64,000 bases of DNA from a bacterium (lineage in GTDB: Bacteria; SAR324; NAC60-12). The DNA lies in assembly GCA_965205865.1 (NCBI GenBank), contig CBDBHR010000029.1, positions 224,001-288,000 on the forward strand, given 5' to 3'. The translations under genes and the position numbers were made by a program. Positions 1-9,080 of this stretch are shown piece after piece; the first letter of the stretch is position 1, and every line of letters begins with the position of its first letter. The notes below the pieces were generated by a model. That model was given only the letters and a program-made list of their open reading frames with translations. It did not search any database and was not told the DNA's origin.

Positions 1-533
1 ATCTCGACGTCTGTCTTCGGGTCACCGTGGGGGTGGATCTTATGAGCAGTCCAACCCAACTCTTTGAAATGGATAGCCTCATCCGCATAAGCTTCTTTGC
101 TTTCATGATACGCGGTACTGGAATAAGCCGGCACCTCATCCTTGCAGGTGCCGATCAGCCGGTGAATGGGCATCCCGGCAAGCTTTCCGTTGATGTCCCA
201 TAAACAGATGTCGATAGCTCCAATGATGTGGGTTGAAACCTGGCGACTGCGTTTCCACATTTCCCCCCAGATTTTTCCGATGTCCTGGGGATCGCGTCCC
301 ATGATTCGGGGTTTGATTAACTCGAGCAAACCTGGAACAAAATGATCCGCACCCATTTGTGAGTTTCCCAGAAAAGCATTACCACTGATCCCTTCATCGG
401 TTTCAACCGTTACAATTCCAAGTTGTTTGGTTTGACCAAAAGAACTGCCTATGGGGGTTTTTTCCGGCTGCCCCACTCTCCACGGATCCGAATTCCAATT
501 GAAGAGTTCCACTGTGACATTGGTGATTTTCAT
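1..533 (-). CDS. Mandelate racemase/muconate lactonizing enzyme family protein (enolase superfamily); runs off the window edge
   Basis: Hand translation from ATG at 533 (AAGGAG RBS upstream): MKITNVTVELF...VETDEGISG...GAIDICLWDINGKLAGMPIHRLIG...TAHKIH (KxH/KxK motif). Not in the ORF track because the stop lies outside the window. Confidence 0.85.
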   Translation of the reverse strand, partial: MKITNVTVELFNWNSDPWRVGQPEKTPIGSSFGQTKQLGIVTVETDEGISGNAFLGNSQMGADHFVPGLLELIKPRIMGRDPQDIGKIWGEMWKRSRQVSTHIIGAIDICLWDINGKLAGMPIHRLIGTCKDEVPAYSSTAYHESKEAYADEAIHFKELGWTAHKIHPHGDPKTDVE

Positions 534-585
534 AAAACGCACTCCTTTTTAAGACTAAAAGAAAAATTTTAATCAGTACAAATAT

Positions 586-831
586 TTAAATATGAATCCA
601 GGCACTCACTACAGCCAAGTTCCCTTTTTGGTGATCATGACAAGGTCGAATGACGATTTCAATGTCCCTTTCTAATTGTCGCGCATAACTCATCAATCGA
701 TCTGAGGTAAAGCGATCAAACTGACCCCGCTTTTGTTCCTGATAGAGAGCTTGTCCTATCTCTTTCTTCACCTCTTGGGGGAATCCCGATAGAATTTCCT
801 TGGTGTCTGCCAGTCAGTTGATAAATTTCAT
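586..831 (-). pseudogene. Collapsed toxin-antitoxin remnant: RelE/Gp49-like toxin N-terminus fused to XRE-type (HTH_37-like) antitoxin C-terminus
   Basis: Reads MKFIN*LADTKEILSGFPQEVKKEIGQALYQEQK then RGQFDRFTSDRLMSYARQLERDIEIVIRP. TGA at 816-814 sits where such toxins usually have Trp. Confidence 0.6.
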
Positions 832-967
832 AAAATCAGCTTACAAATTTGAAACATCTTGGTCAACATTAATCTTTTGAATTGCTCATAACGAAAGAGT
901 TAAGACAGACTGAGTTTCGTCCCCAACCTACCAATTGGAATGGGTCGAGGGAATTCAGAGTTGCAGG

Positions 968-1114
968 GGGCCTAGCGCTCCCTGGTATCAGGTCGCCCAA
1001 CCCTATGTCCTTGGATTCAACGGCGAAGTCACCATGGGAGGGATGAACTATGGCCCGTATACCTGGGCCCGTCTCTGGATTGACGAGGACATGAAGAAAT
1101 AAATGGGTAATTAG
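968..1114 (+). pseudogene. C-terminal remnant (~48 codons) of a Dpp/Opp-type solute-binding protein
   Basis: GPSAPWYQVAQPYVLGFNGEVTMGG...WARLWIDEDMKK*MGN* matches the C-termini of the SBPs at 35052 (RLWIDQDLKKEMGH) and 49140. TAA replaces the Glu codon at 1100-1102. Confidence 0.85.
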
Positions 1115-1117
1115 GGT

Positions 1118-2074
1118 ATGAAAGCCTATATCATCCGGCGGATCTTGCTCATCATCCCCACCCTGTTTATTTTGTCCCTCTTGGTCTTTTTCTCGGTGCG
1201 CTTCATCCCAGGCAATGTCATCGACGCCCTTGTGGGTCGGTTGGGACAACAGGCGGGCGTTGTCAACCGGGAAGTGATCTTGAAAAGGCTGGGATTGGAC
1301 CAACCGGTATACGTGCAGTATGGACGCTGGATTAGAGGCCTTTTGCTGCAGGGCACCCTGGGTAAATCCCTGCTGGGTGATCGCACCGTTGAGGCAAAGA
1401 TCGAGGGCCGCTTATCCGTCACCATTCAATTGGGGATCATGTCGATCTTCATCGGGTTGCTGATCGCCCTGCCCGTCGGCATCTACTCGGCGATACGCCA
1501 GGATACCGCCTCGGATTATGCGGGGCGCTCCCTGGCCATCATCGGCCTCTCCACCCCGGATTTCTGGCTGGGAACGATGGTGATGGTTTTCCCGGCCATT
1601 TGGTGGAACTGGTCGCCCTCGATGGAACTGATTCGATTCTCCGAAGACCCCCTGGGGAATCTGCAGATGTTCCTCATTCCCAGCCTGATTGTGGGAACCT
1701 ACCTTGCGGCAACCACCATGCGGATGACCCGCGCTATGATGCTGGAGGTGTTGCGGCAGGACTATGTCCGCACAGCCTGGTCCAAGGGGCTCAGGGAGCG
1801 GCTCGTGGTGATGAGACACGCGGTCAAGAATGCCCTCATCCCGGTCGTGACCTTGATCGGCATGCAGTTGCCGATCATGATCGGGGGTTCCGTGATCATG
1901 GAGAATATCTTTAACCTGCCCGGATTAGGGCAACTGATGTGGTTGGCCCTGCAAGACCGTGATTACCCGGTGGTCTCCGGCGTCAACCTGATTTTCGCCA
2001 CCATGGTGGTGCTGGCCAATCTCCTGATTGACCTGATTTATCCCTATTTGGATCCGCGGGTTCGATATAAATAA
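1118..2074 (+). CDS. Peptide/nickel ABC transporter permease (DppB/OppB-like)
   Basis: YIIRRILL N-terminus, EAA loop QDYVRTAWSKGL, C-terminal YPYLDPRVRY. Confidence 0.93.
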   Translation: MKAYIIRRILLIIPTLFILSLLVFFSVRFIPGNVIDALVGRLGQQAGVVNREVILKRLGLDQPVYVQYGRWIRGLLLQGTLGKSLLGDRTVEAKIEGRLSVTIQLGIMSIFIGLLIALPVGIYSAIRQDTASDYAGRSLAIIGLSTPDFWLGTMVMVFPAIWWNWSPSMELIRFSEDPLGNLQMFLIPSLIVGTYLAATTMRMTRAMMLEVLRQDYVRTAWSKGLRERLVVMRHAVKNALIPVVTLIGMQLPIMIGGSVIMENIFNLPGLGQLMWLALQDRDYPVVSGVNLIFATMVVLANLLIDLIYPYLDPRVRYK

Positions 2075-2088
2075 TCACTGTCGCAATA

Positions 2089-2177
2089 ACGGTAGGGCCG
2101 GGTAACGTCCCGGCCCTACCGTACAAAATGACAATAATTGAACTTTTTTAGTCGGGGCGTTACCCGGTCCTATCGGA
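2089..2177. repeat. GTAG-type REP-like palindrome pair between the permease genes
   Basis: Perfect 14-bp stem ACGGTAGGGCCGGG/CCCGGCCCTACCGT (2089-2122) plus a degenerate partner at 2151-2177. Related element at 43712-43783. Confidence 0.7.
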
Positions 2178-2195
2178 TAAGAGGAATGAACGAAT

Positions 2196-3179
2196 ATGAG
2201 CGAAGTGTCGGATAATCCAACCGCAGGCAGAGAACCCAAGCGGCAGTCCAGGCTGGTGGAATTTTTCAGCCGGCTGATCAGGGAGAAACCCCTGGGGGCG
2301 ATATGTGGCATGGTCATCCTGGTTTTGATTGTGGTCACCCTTTTTGCTGATGTGATGGCGCCTTATCCCTTTGCGGAAGTCCACCCGGCCGACCGGCTGA
2401 CGGGGTCCTCAACCAAATATCTCTTAGGGACCGACTATCTGGGACGAGACTTCTTGAGTCGCCTGATTTATGGGGCGCGTATTTCGTTATTGGTTGGTCT
2501 GGCAGCGACTGTCTTCACGGTAGTGGTTGCTACCTTGCTCGGGGGCACGGCAGGCTTTGTAGGCGGCTGGTTCGACACAACCATTCAGCGATTTGTCGAC
2601 GCCTGGATGGCCTTCCCTGGTCTGCTCTTGTTGTTGACCATGATGTCCATCGTGGGGCAGGGTTTGTTACAGATCATTGTGGTCTTGGGGGTGACGTACG
2701 GTATCAGCAATTCCCGCATCATCCGTAGTGCCGTGATCGGCATTAAAGGGAATGACTACTTTCTGGCAGCGAAGGCCGTGGGCACCCCTGTCCCCCAAAT
2801 CCTCCGGCGCCATGTCCTGCCCAATATAATAGCGCCCATCATCATCATCTTCTCGATCAACATCGGCGTCGTCATCATGGCCGAGGCGGCTCTGAGTTTT
2901 CTCGGCTTCGGGCTGCCTATCAAGATCCCGAGTTGGGGCGGAATGCTCAGCCGGGAAGGACGCAAGTACATGGAAATTGCCACCTGGCTGGCCATCTGGC
3001 CAGGGGTTTTCCTGACGATTGTCGTTTACAGTCTCAACATGTTCGGCGATGCCATGCGGGACCTGCTCGACCCCCGACTGCGAGGTGGTCAGGGAACTTA
3101 CGGCACTGCAACCCTGAAACGCAAAAAAGGCATCCTGGCCGGATTATTCCTTCCTTCCAGAATCAGGACCAAGGATTGA
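2196..3179 (+). CDS. Peptide/nickel ABC transporter permease (DppC/OppC-like)
   Basis: LLGTDYLGRD, GARISL, HVLPN, AEAALSFLGFG, GDAMRDLLDPR motifs. Confidence 0.93.
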   Translation: MSEVSDNPTAGREPKRQSRLVEFFSRLIREKPLGAICGMVILVLIVVTLFADVMAPYPFAEVHPADRLTGSSTKYLLGTDYLGRDFLSRLIYGARISLLVGLAATVFTVVVATLLGGTAGFVGGWFDTTIQRFVDAWMAFPGLLLLLTMMSIVGQGLLQIIVVLGVTYGISNSRIIRSAVIGIKGNDYFLAAKAVGTPVPQILRRHVLPNIIAPIIIIFSINIGVVIMAEAALSFLGFGLPIKIPSWGGMLSREGRKYMEIATWLAIWPGVFLTIVVYSLNMFGDAMRDLLDPRLRGGQGTYGTATLKRKKGILAGLFLPSRIRTKD

Positions 3180-3218
3180 GAATCCACCTTGGCGCTGTCT
3201 GCCGCTGAGTTGGAAAGA

Positions 3219-3275
3219 GGGTCAGGCCTTTGATTATAATGATTAAATTGAAAAGGGTTCAAAAGGGTCTGACCC
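3219..3275. repeat. Imperfect inverted repeat GGGTCAGGCCTTTGA...TCAAAAGGGTCTGACCC
   Basis: Arms at 3219-3233 and 3259-3275. A related half-site GGTCAGGCTTGCATA lies near 21165. Confidence 0.5.
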
Positions 3276-3349
3276 CTCGGGGTCAATCAAGACGGATTTT
3301 ATTCTTTGAAAAATCGATTGAGAGTTTTTCCTCTATTTCTTTCATCTTG

Positions 3350-3440
3350 CGTAACTATTCAGGTTTCTTTAGAGACCTCTTCGATTCAAGCGCGGATTTT
3401 GCGCAGCATAAAATCCGGAAAGGATTTTATGCTCTCGAAA
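3350..3440. repeat. 91-bp dispersed element with GCATAAAATCC-GGAAA-GGATTTTATGC hairpin (copy 1 of 3)
   Basis: Colinear with 14517-14607 and partly with 16970-17035. Confidence 0.75.
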
Positions 3441-3676
3441 TTTCAATAATATATTGATTGTTTTAAGATTTTTCAGGGAAAGTGCCAGGTTTGGGGAGCG
3501 AGAGCAAGGTATCAATGAGAATATCACGACAAAGCTAGCGACATATCAATCGTTTTGCTACAAAACAAGAAGAAAATCGTAATCCTTATTTGTTCGATTC
3601 TCCGGCTTGGCTTCTGATTGTTTCAAACAGGCGCGCGCGCAAGGTTGATGAGAGAGAAACAATAGCAGCATTTGAA

Positions 3677-4786
3677 TTAAATGGAAGCCGATTTGCTTTG
3701 CCAAAACAATGCTAACCGATGATTTTGAATGCAACTTTTTCTCGATTCCAAGGATTCCAGTGAGAGAGTCCCCTTTTTCGGGCAAAATACTGATTCTTGC
3801 AGATCATATTGAAACATCCCATAGGTGTCTAATCCCACGGGCGGATCTGAATCGATGGCTGCTGCCAGGTTTGCCAACATGGTCAGTCCCAGGCTACTTT
3901 CATATGAGGAGCTGATGATAGTGGGAATGCGATGGGAATGCGCATCATGAGCTATTTTCATGATTTTTTCAATGCCTCCCATCAACATGGGTTTGACAAT
4001 CAAAGCTTGCAATCCTTTATGCCATTCAAATTGATAATCCGTATGGCGCAATGTCTCATCCAGAGCAAAACCTATTCCCGTCATACGAGTGAATTCTATG
4101 CATTGGTCAAGTCGGGGAACGGGTTCCTCGATATAAAGAACGTCACAATCCGCCACCTGAGTGCCAAAATAGACTGCTGTTTCTAAATCCCACATGCGAT
4201 TGGCATCCAGCCGTATCTGCTTGTCACCCAGGATTTCGCGAATTTCCTGAACCAATTTGATCTCCTCTTGCACCGCATGTCTTCCCACTTTGATTTTAAC
4301 ACTCTTCAAGTGAGGCAATGAGGCGATTTGAGTAGCTTTGTCCCTTATTTCATCATGCGTCCCTGTGAGGAGCAGAGTCATGTCGAGGGACATCGGACAA
4401 TTGGGACGGAGCAACTGGGCAACCGGACGCTGTTGGATAGCCGAAAGAAGATTCAGCAAAGCCATTTGCAGACCAAACTTGACGGAGGGTATGGTCTCCA
4501 CCCGAGGATCCCAACACTGGTGAGTTTCCTGGAGTTGATTGAGGTCTTCAGGGATCGATTGATTTAAAAGGGATCGGGAATGCAGAATAAGTTGGCGTTC
4601 ACTTTCTGCGAGGGTTTCCTCGCTGAAACCTGGTAAAGGCGCTACTTCCCCATAAGCATGGATGGCCCCGGTACCGGTCAAGCGGACAATCAATCCTTTC
4701 CTCCAATAACACTTTTCCTCCCCAAGAATAAGGGGTCTGAGAAAAGGAAGTTGATATCGAAAAATTTTAATTTCTTGAATGTCCAT
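3677..4786 (-). CDS. menC: o-succinylbenzoate synthase
   Basis: GEVAPLPGFSEETL, KIKVGR, IRLDANRMW, IEEP, ALDE, SSSYESSLG motifs; lies in a men cluster. Confidence 0.9.
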   Translation of the reverse strand: MDIQEIKIFRYQLPFLRPLILGEEKCYWRKGLIVRLTGTGAIHAYGEVAPLPGFSEETLAESERQLILHSRSLLNQSIPEDLNQLQETHQCWDPRVETIPSVKFGLQMALLNLLSAIQQRPVAQLLRPNCPMSLDMTLLLTGTHDEIRDKATQIASLPHLKSVKIKVGRHAVQEEIKLVQEIREILGDKQIRLDANRMWDLETAVYFGTQVADCDVLYIEEPVPRLDQCIEFTRMTGIGFALDETLRHTDYQFEWHKGLQALIVKPMLMGGIEKIMKIAHDAHSHRIPTIISSSYESSLGLTMLANLAAAIDSDPPVGLDTYGMFQYDLQESVFCPKKGTLSLESLESRKSCIQNHRLALFWQSKSASI

Positions 4787-4875
4787 TGCAAGGATTCCGG
4801 AGATTTGGCCGAAAGCAAATGGTCTTTACCATCTCAACCCTGGAGATGATCCAACTTCTCTCTCTAAGTCCGCAT

Positions 4876-5766
4876 TTAATAATGCCATGGAAACTTAAAA
4901 AATTCGCGTTCACGTTTTTCTAAGAAAGCATCTCTGCCTTCTTGCGCTTCAGCAGTTCCATAAGCCAATCGAGTGGCCTCCCCCGCAAATAATTGTTGTC
5001 CCACCATACCATCATCGACGAGATTGAAAGCATATTTCAACATTCTTTGAGCTGTAGGACTTTTGCTCAAGATGATTTTTGCCCATTCCAATCCCAGGCA
5101 TTCCAAATTTCGATGAGGAACGACTTTATTGACCATTCCCATTTCGAACGCTTCTTGTGCCGAATAATTGAATCCTAAAAAGAAGATTTCTCTGGCCCGT
5201 TTTTGGCCAATCAGCCGGGTGAGGTATGCGGATCCGTATCCCCCATCGAAACTGGCAACGTCGGGGTCCGTTTGCCTGAAAATAGCGTGTTCTTCACTGG
5301 CCAATGTCAAATCGCATACCACATGGAGGCTATGTCCTCCACCCACCGCCCATCCGGGTACCAAGGCAATAACAATTTTTGGCATGAATCGGATCAACCT
5401 CTGTACTTCCAAAATATGCAAGCGACCGAGGTCAGTCTTGTAGGCCTTCCCCGTGTTTTCATATTGGTAACCGTCTTTGCCACGTACTCTTTGATCTCCT
5501 CCGGAACTGAAAGCCCAACCTTGATCTTTGGGAGATGGTCCATTTCCGGTGAGCAGCACCACCCCGACGTCACTGGTTTCTCTGGCATGATTCAAGGCAA
5601 CGTAGAGTTCGTCCACCGTTTGTGGACGAAAGGCATTTCTCACTTCCGGGCGGTCGAAAGCGATTCGTACGGTACCTTGGTCAGTGGCGCGGTGATAAGT
5701 AATATCCTCAAAATCGAATCCCGAGACCACGTCCCATCGATTTGGGTCAAAAATCTCTGAAACCAT
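4876..5766 (-). CDS. menB: 1,4-dihydroxy-2-naphthoyl-CoA synthase
   Basis: RPEVRNAFRPQTV, FSSGGDQ, AVGGGHSLHVVCDLT, SFDGGYGS. Start taken at ATG 5766. Confidence 0.95.
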   Translation of the reverse strand: MVSEIFDPNRWDVVSGFDFEDITYHRATDQGTVRIAFDRPEVRNAFRPQTVDELYVALNHARETSDVGVVLLTGNGPSPKDQGWAFSSGGDQRVRGKDGYQYENTGKAYKTDLGRLHILEVQRLIRFMPKIVIALVPGWAVGGGHSLHVVCDLTLASEEHAIFRQTDPDVASFDGGYGSAYLTRLIGQKRAREIFFLGFNYSAQEAFEMGMVNKVVPHRNLECLGLEWAKIILSKSPTAQRMLKYAFNLVDDGMVGQQLFAGEATRLAYGTAEAQEGRDAFLEKREREFFKFPWHY

Positions 5767-5781
5767 AAATCTTCTCACTTG

Positions 5782-7257
5782 TTATGCATTTTGTTGGATC
5801 AATGAAAGTAACGGTTTCATCTTGTTTTGGGTCTCTTCCCACTCCAACCGGGGAACTGAACTTTTAACGATGCCGCTTCCGGCAAAAATATCCAATTGAT
5901 TCCCTTCCAAACAACCACTGCGTAAGACTAAAGCAAAATTGGAATCATCCTTCCCTGTGAAGTAACCCAAACCACCCGTAAAAAAATCTCGTTCAAAAGG
6001 CTCATATTGATGGATTATTTGGCCTCCCCAATCTTTGGGGACACCCCAAATGGTTGGGGGAGGATAGAGATAGCGCAATACGTCGAACGTGCCCACTCCC
6101 TCCTTCAAATAGCCATAAATTTCACTTTTCAAGTGACACGCATACTGGAGACGTAATAAATTTTTTTCGGAAGGTATGATCCATTTTTCATATTCGCAAA
6201 CAAATTTTAAATCCATCAGCATCTGTTCAACAGCCAATTGATGTTCCAGATTTTCTTTGGGATCTTTGAGAAAATTGGAAATCATAGCAGGAGAGGATTC
6301 TATTTTGTTGATTTTAATGGTACCTGCCAATGGTTTGGTGACCAGATGGCGATGCAATTTTTGCAAATGTACCTCGGGAGAAACGCCAAACCAGGCTTTT
6401 CCCGAGTTCCATTGAAAGCAATAATCGTAGACTTGACCATAGCGCCTGGCAAGCCTTGACGAAAGCTGAATCGGGTCTGGAAGAGGAACGGACAGACTTA
6501 TTCTCTTTTTTGTGGAAAGCACTACCTTCGAGGTGCCGGAATTATCCATGGTTGTTAAAATATTGGCGATATTCTTTAAGTATTCAGCTTGATTTGACAT
6601 ATCCTCAATCGAAACTGCATGTATAGGTTGCTGATTGAAAGGATCATCCCATTGGCAAAAGTTAATTTGTTCCATGGAAAACGCAGGAAAGTGAGGATGC
6701 AAGAAGCTTCCTACTTCCATCATTTCACCTTGATTGATTGTCACTTTAGGTAGAGTAAATATGGCGATTTCTTCGTTTTTCGTGAGGGTTTGTGATGCTT
6801 TCCAACCTCCAAAAAAATGAAGGGCCTCTAAATCTTCATTTGCAATGTCAAAATACCTGCCTAAAATTTCTTTTGCTTTTTGGACTACCGAACTCAAGTT
6901 TTCAAAAAGCAAGGGATAGCGCAAAGAGCGGTCAGGGTGTGGAATGCTACGGGTAAAAATGATTGCGTTCTCAATTTTAAACTGGTAATCAATTTGAGTT
7001 TTATTGAACAATACCTTGATTTCAGCGGCAGCGCCAATGGCAGAGAAAGACACCGTATTTGCCTCGATTGGGGAGTGGGGGTCTTTTTGATATTGAAAAA
7101 CACAAAGAAACTCTTCAGACGCCTCAGGCCACAACTCCCTCAATTGTAAAAGCAGACCATAAGGAGAACAGGGTTGAACTCCCGGATAGATTTGCCGGTT
7201 GAACTTGGGCCTGAGATGGGCTTGGAAGGAGAGTTTTGTGGTTGGGGTATCAAGCAA
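5782..7257 (-). CDS. menF: Isochorismate synthase-like chorismate-binding protein (divergent)
   Basis: KVVLS, GVSPE, PLAGT, KENLEHQL, LYPPPTIWGVP, LVLRSG, FAGSGIVKSS, EWEET. Start uncertain: TTG 7257 has AGGA upstream, but the ORF is open to 7368. Confidence 0.75.
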   Translation of the reverse strand: MLDTPTTKLSFQAHLRPKFNRQIYPGVQPCSPYGLLLQLRELWPEASEEFLCVFQYQKDPHSPIEANTVSFSAIGAAAEIKVLFNKTQIDYQFKIENAIIFTRSIPHPDRSLRYPLLFENLSSVVQKAKEILGRYFDIANEDLEALHFFGGWKASQTLTKNEEIAIFTLPKVTINQGEMMEVGSFLHPHFPAFSMEQINFCQWDDPFNQQPIHAVSIEDMSNQAEYLKNIANILTTMDNSGTSKVVLSTKKRISLSVPLPDPIQLSSRLARRYGQVYDYCFQWNSGKAWFGVSPEVHLQKLHRHLVTKPLAGTIKINKIESSPAMISNFLKDPKENLEHQLAVEQMLMDLKFVCEYEKWIIPSEKNLLRLQYACHLKSEIYGYLKEGVGTFDVLRYLYPPPTIWGVPKDWGGQIIHQYEPFERDFFTGGLGYFTGKDDSNFALVLRSGCLEGNQLDIFAGSGIVKSSVPRLEWEETQNKMKPLLSLIQQNA

Positions 7258-7275
7258 CTTTATTCCTTGGATTGA

Positions 7276-9060
7276 ATGAAAAATTTCATTGAAGATTCCT
7301 TTTCCACATTGAACTCGCTCTGGGCGATATTGATCATCGAGGAGCTTTTCCGTTGTGGAGTAGAGCACTTTTGTATATGTTCCGGTTCACGTTCCACCCC
7401 TCTCACCCTGGCCGCCGCCGCTCATCTTGGGGTGAAAACCACGGTACATTTCGACGAACGTGGCATGGCTTATTATGCCTTGGGTTATGCCAAGGCCGAT
7501 CGAAGCCGATTGGCCGCAGTGATTACAACTTCAGGAACCGCGGTATCCAATCTTTTTCCTGCAACCGTGGAAGCGTTTCAGTCCAGTCTGCCTTTGTTAT
7601 TATTGACCGCAGATCGCCCGCCTGAATTACTCGACACGGGAGCCAATCAAACCATCGACCAAAGCAAGATATTTACAGGATATCTTCGTTGGCACGCCAG
7701 TCTCCCATGTCCTGACCTTCGAATTGAGCCTTCCACGCTTCTGACAACCGTGGATCAAGCAGTCTACAAGTGCCGTGAAAGACCCGGTGGTCCGGTCCAT
7801 CTCAATTGTATGTTTCGTGAACCTTTCCTCTCCGAAGAACGGTGTACGTATGTGGATTATTTAAGTCCGATCCAGCATTGGAGCGCCACGCGAACACCTT
7901 TTACAAGTTACCTGAAAAGCCAATCAATGCTGCCACTCGAGGATTGTGTTCGCTTTGCGCAGAAAAAAATCAATCTCAAAAAAGGAATCATCATAACGGG
8001 TGCCTTGCAATCACTCGAAGAAAGTGAAGAGGTTCTCAGTCTGGCAAAAGTCCTCAACTGGCCGATATTTGCGGACATCAGCTCTCACATGCGCATGTTC
8101 AAGGATCCTCGATTGATTACTTATTATGACTTGATGCTATTCAATCCAAACGTGCAATCCATGTTGCGGAATGCGCAGTGTTTTTTACAATTTGGCGTCC
8201 ATTTGACATCAAAACGATTGCTCATGTTTTTAGCGGAAAATCGCAATCAGGATTTAATTCTAGTGGCAGATACTCCTGCTCGTCATGACCCGTCTCACCG
8301 GGTTTCGATGCGTATTGAAAGCAATATTTCCCATTTTTGCCAAAGTCTGCTCGAGTTCATTTCTCCTCTGAAAGAAGATACAGTACCTATTTGGTGGCAT
8401 CCTCTCAAGACAAATTCAAAACAAATGGAAATGGAGATGGATGGTTATTTTTCCAAAGACGCTCAACTGACGGAACCCTCAGTAGCCTGTTTTATTTCGG
8501 AATGCGTTCCTCGAGGCAGTCAATTGTTTTTGGGAAACAGCATGCCTATCCGCTTGATGGATATGTTTGCCACTACGCGTTCCTTCTTGACGGAAGTCCG
8601 CGCTAATCGCGGAGCGAGCGGCATTGATGGCGTTGTTGCTTCGGCTGCAGGTTACGCAACTGCCGGTCGTAAACCAACCACATTATTAATTGGGGATCTC
8701 TCTTTGCTCCATGATATGAATTCGTTGTATCTCGTCCGGAAGACAAAAAACCCCTTGGTAATTGTCGTCCTCAATAACAATGGCGGAGGAATTTTCAGCA
8801 TGCTTCCCATCGCGCAACAAAAAGAATTCTATGAAAAATACTTCCGCACCCCACACCATCTGGACTTCAAGGAACTTGCCCGGTTTTTTAAAATTGCTTA
8901 TGAGGCGCCTCTGACAATTCATGCGTTGCGAAAAGCCTATCTCTCGGCAATTGTCAAAAACCAAACCACCCTGATCGAAGTGCAAACCGACTTCACTCAA
9001 ACCAATCGTGTCATTCACTTTTTTAATGAGAAGCTGAAGCAGCAGGTTTTCGAGGGATAA
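7276..9060 (+). CDS. menD: SEPHCHC synthase (ThDP-dependent)
   Basis: GSRSTPL, DERG, TTSGTA, TADRPPEL, GANQTIDQ, NRGASGIDG, GDLSLLHD, NNNGGGIF. Confidence 0.96.
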   Translation: MKNFIEDSFSTLNSLWAILIIEELFRCGVEHFCICSGSRSTPLTLAAAAHLGVKTTVHFDERGMAYYALGYAKADRSRLAAVITTSGTAVSNLFPATVEAFQSSLPLLLLTADRPPELLDTGANQTIDQSKIFTGYLRWHASLPCPDLRIEPSTLLTTVDQAVYKCRERPGGPVHLNCMFREPFLSEERCTYVDYLSPIQHWSATRTPFTSYLKSQSMLPLEDCVRFAQKKINLKKGIIITGALQSLEESEEVLSLAKVLNWPIFADISSHMRMFKDPRLITYYDLMLFNPNVQSMLRNAQCFLQFGVHLTSKRLLMFLAENRNQDLILVADTPARHDPSHRVSMRIESNISHFCQSLLEFISPLKEDTVPIWWHPLKTNSKQMEMEMDGYFSKDAQLTEPSVACFISECVPRGSQLFLGNSMPIRLMDMFATTRSFLTEVRANRGASGIDGVVASAAGYATAGRKPTTLLIGDLSLLHDMNSLYLVRKTKNPLVIVVLNNNGGGIFSMLPIAQQKEFYEKYFRTPHHLDFKELARFFKIAYEAPLTIHALRKAYLSAIVKNQTTLIEVQTDFTQTNRVIHFFNEKLKQQVFEG

Positions 9061-9080
9061 AGCCGCAAGTTTGGGAGAAA

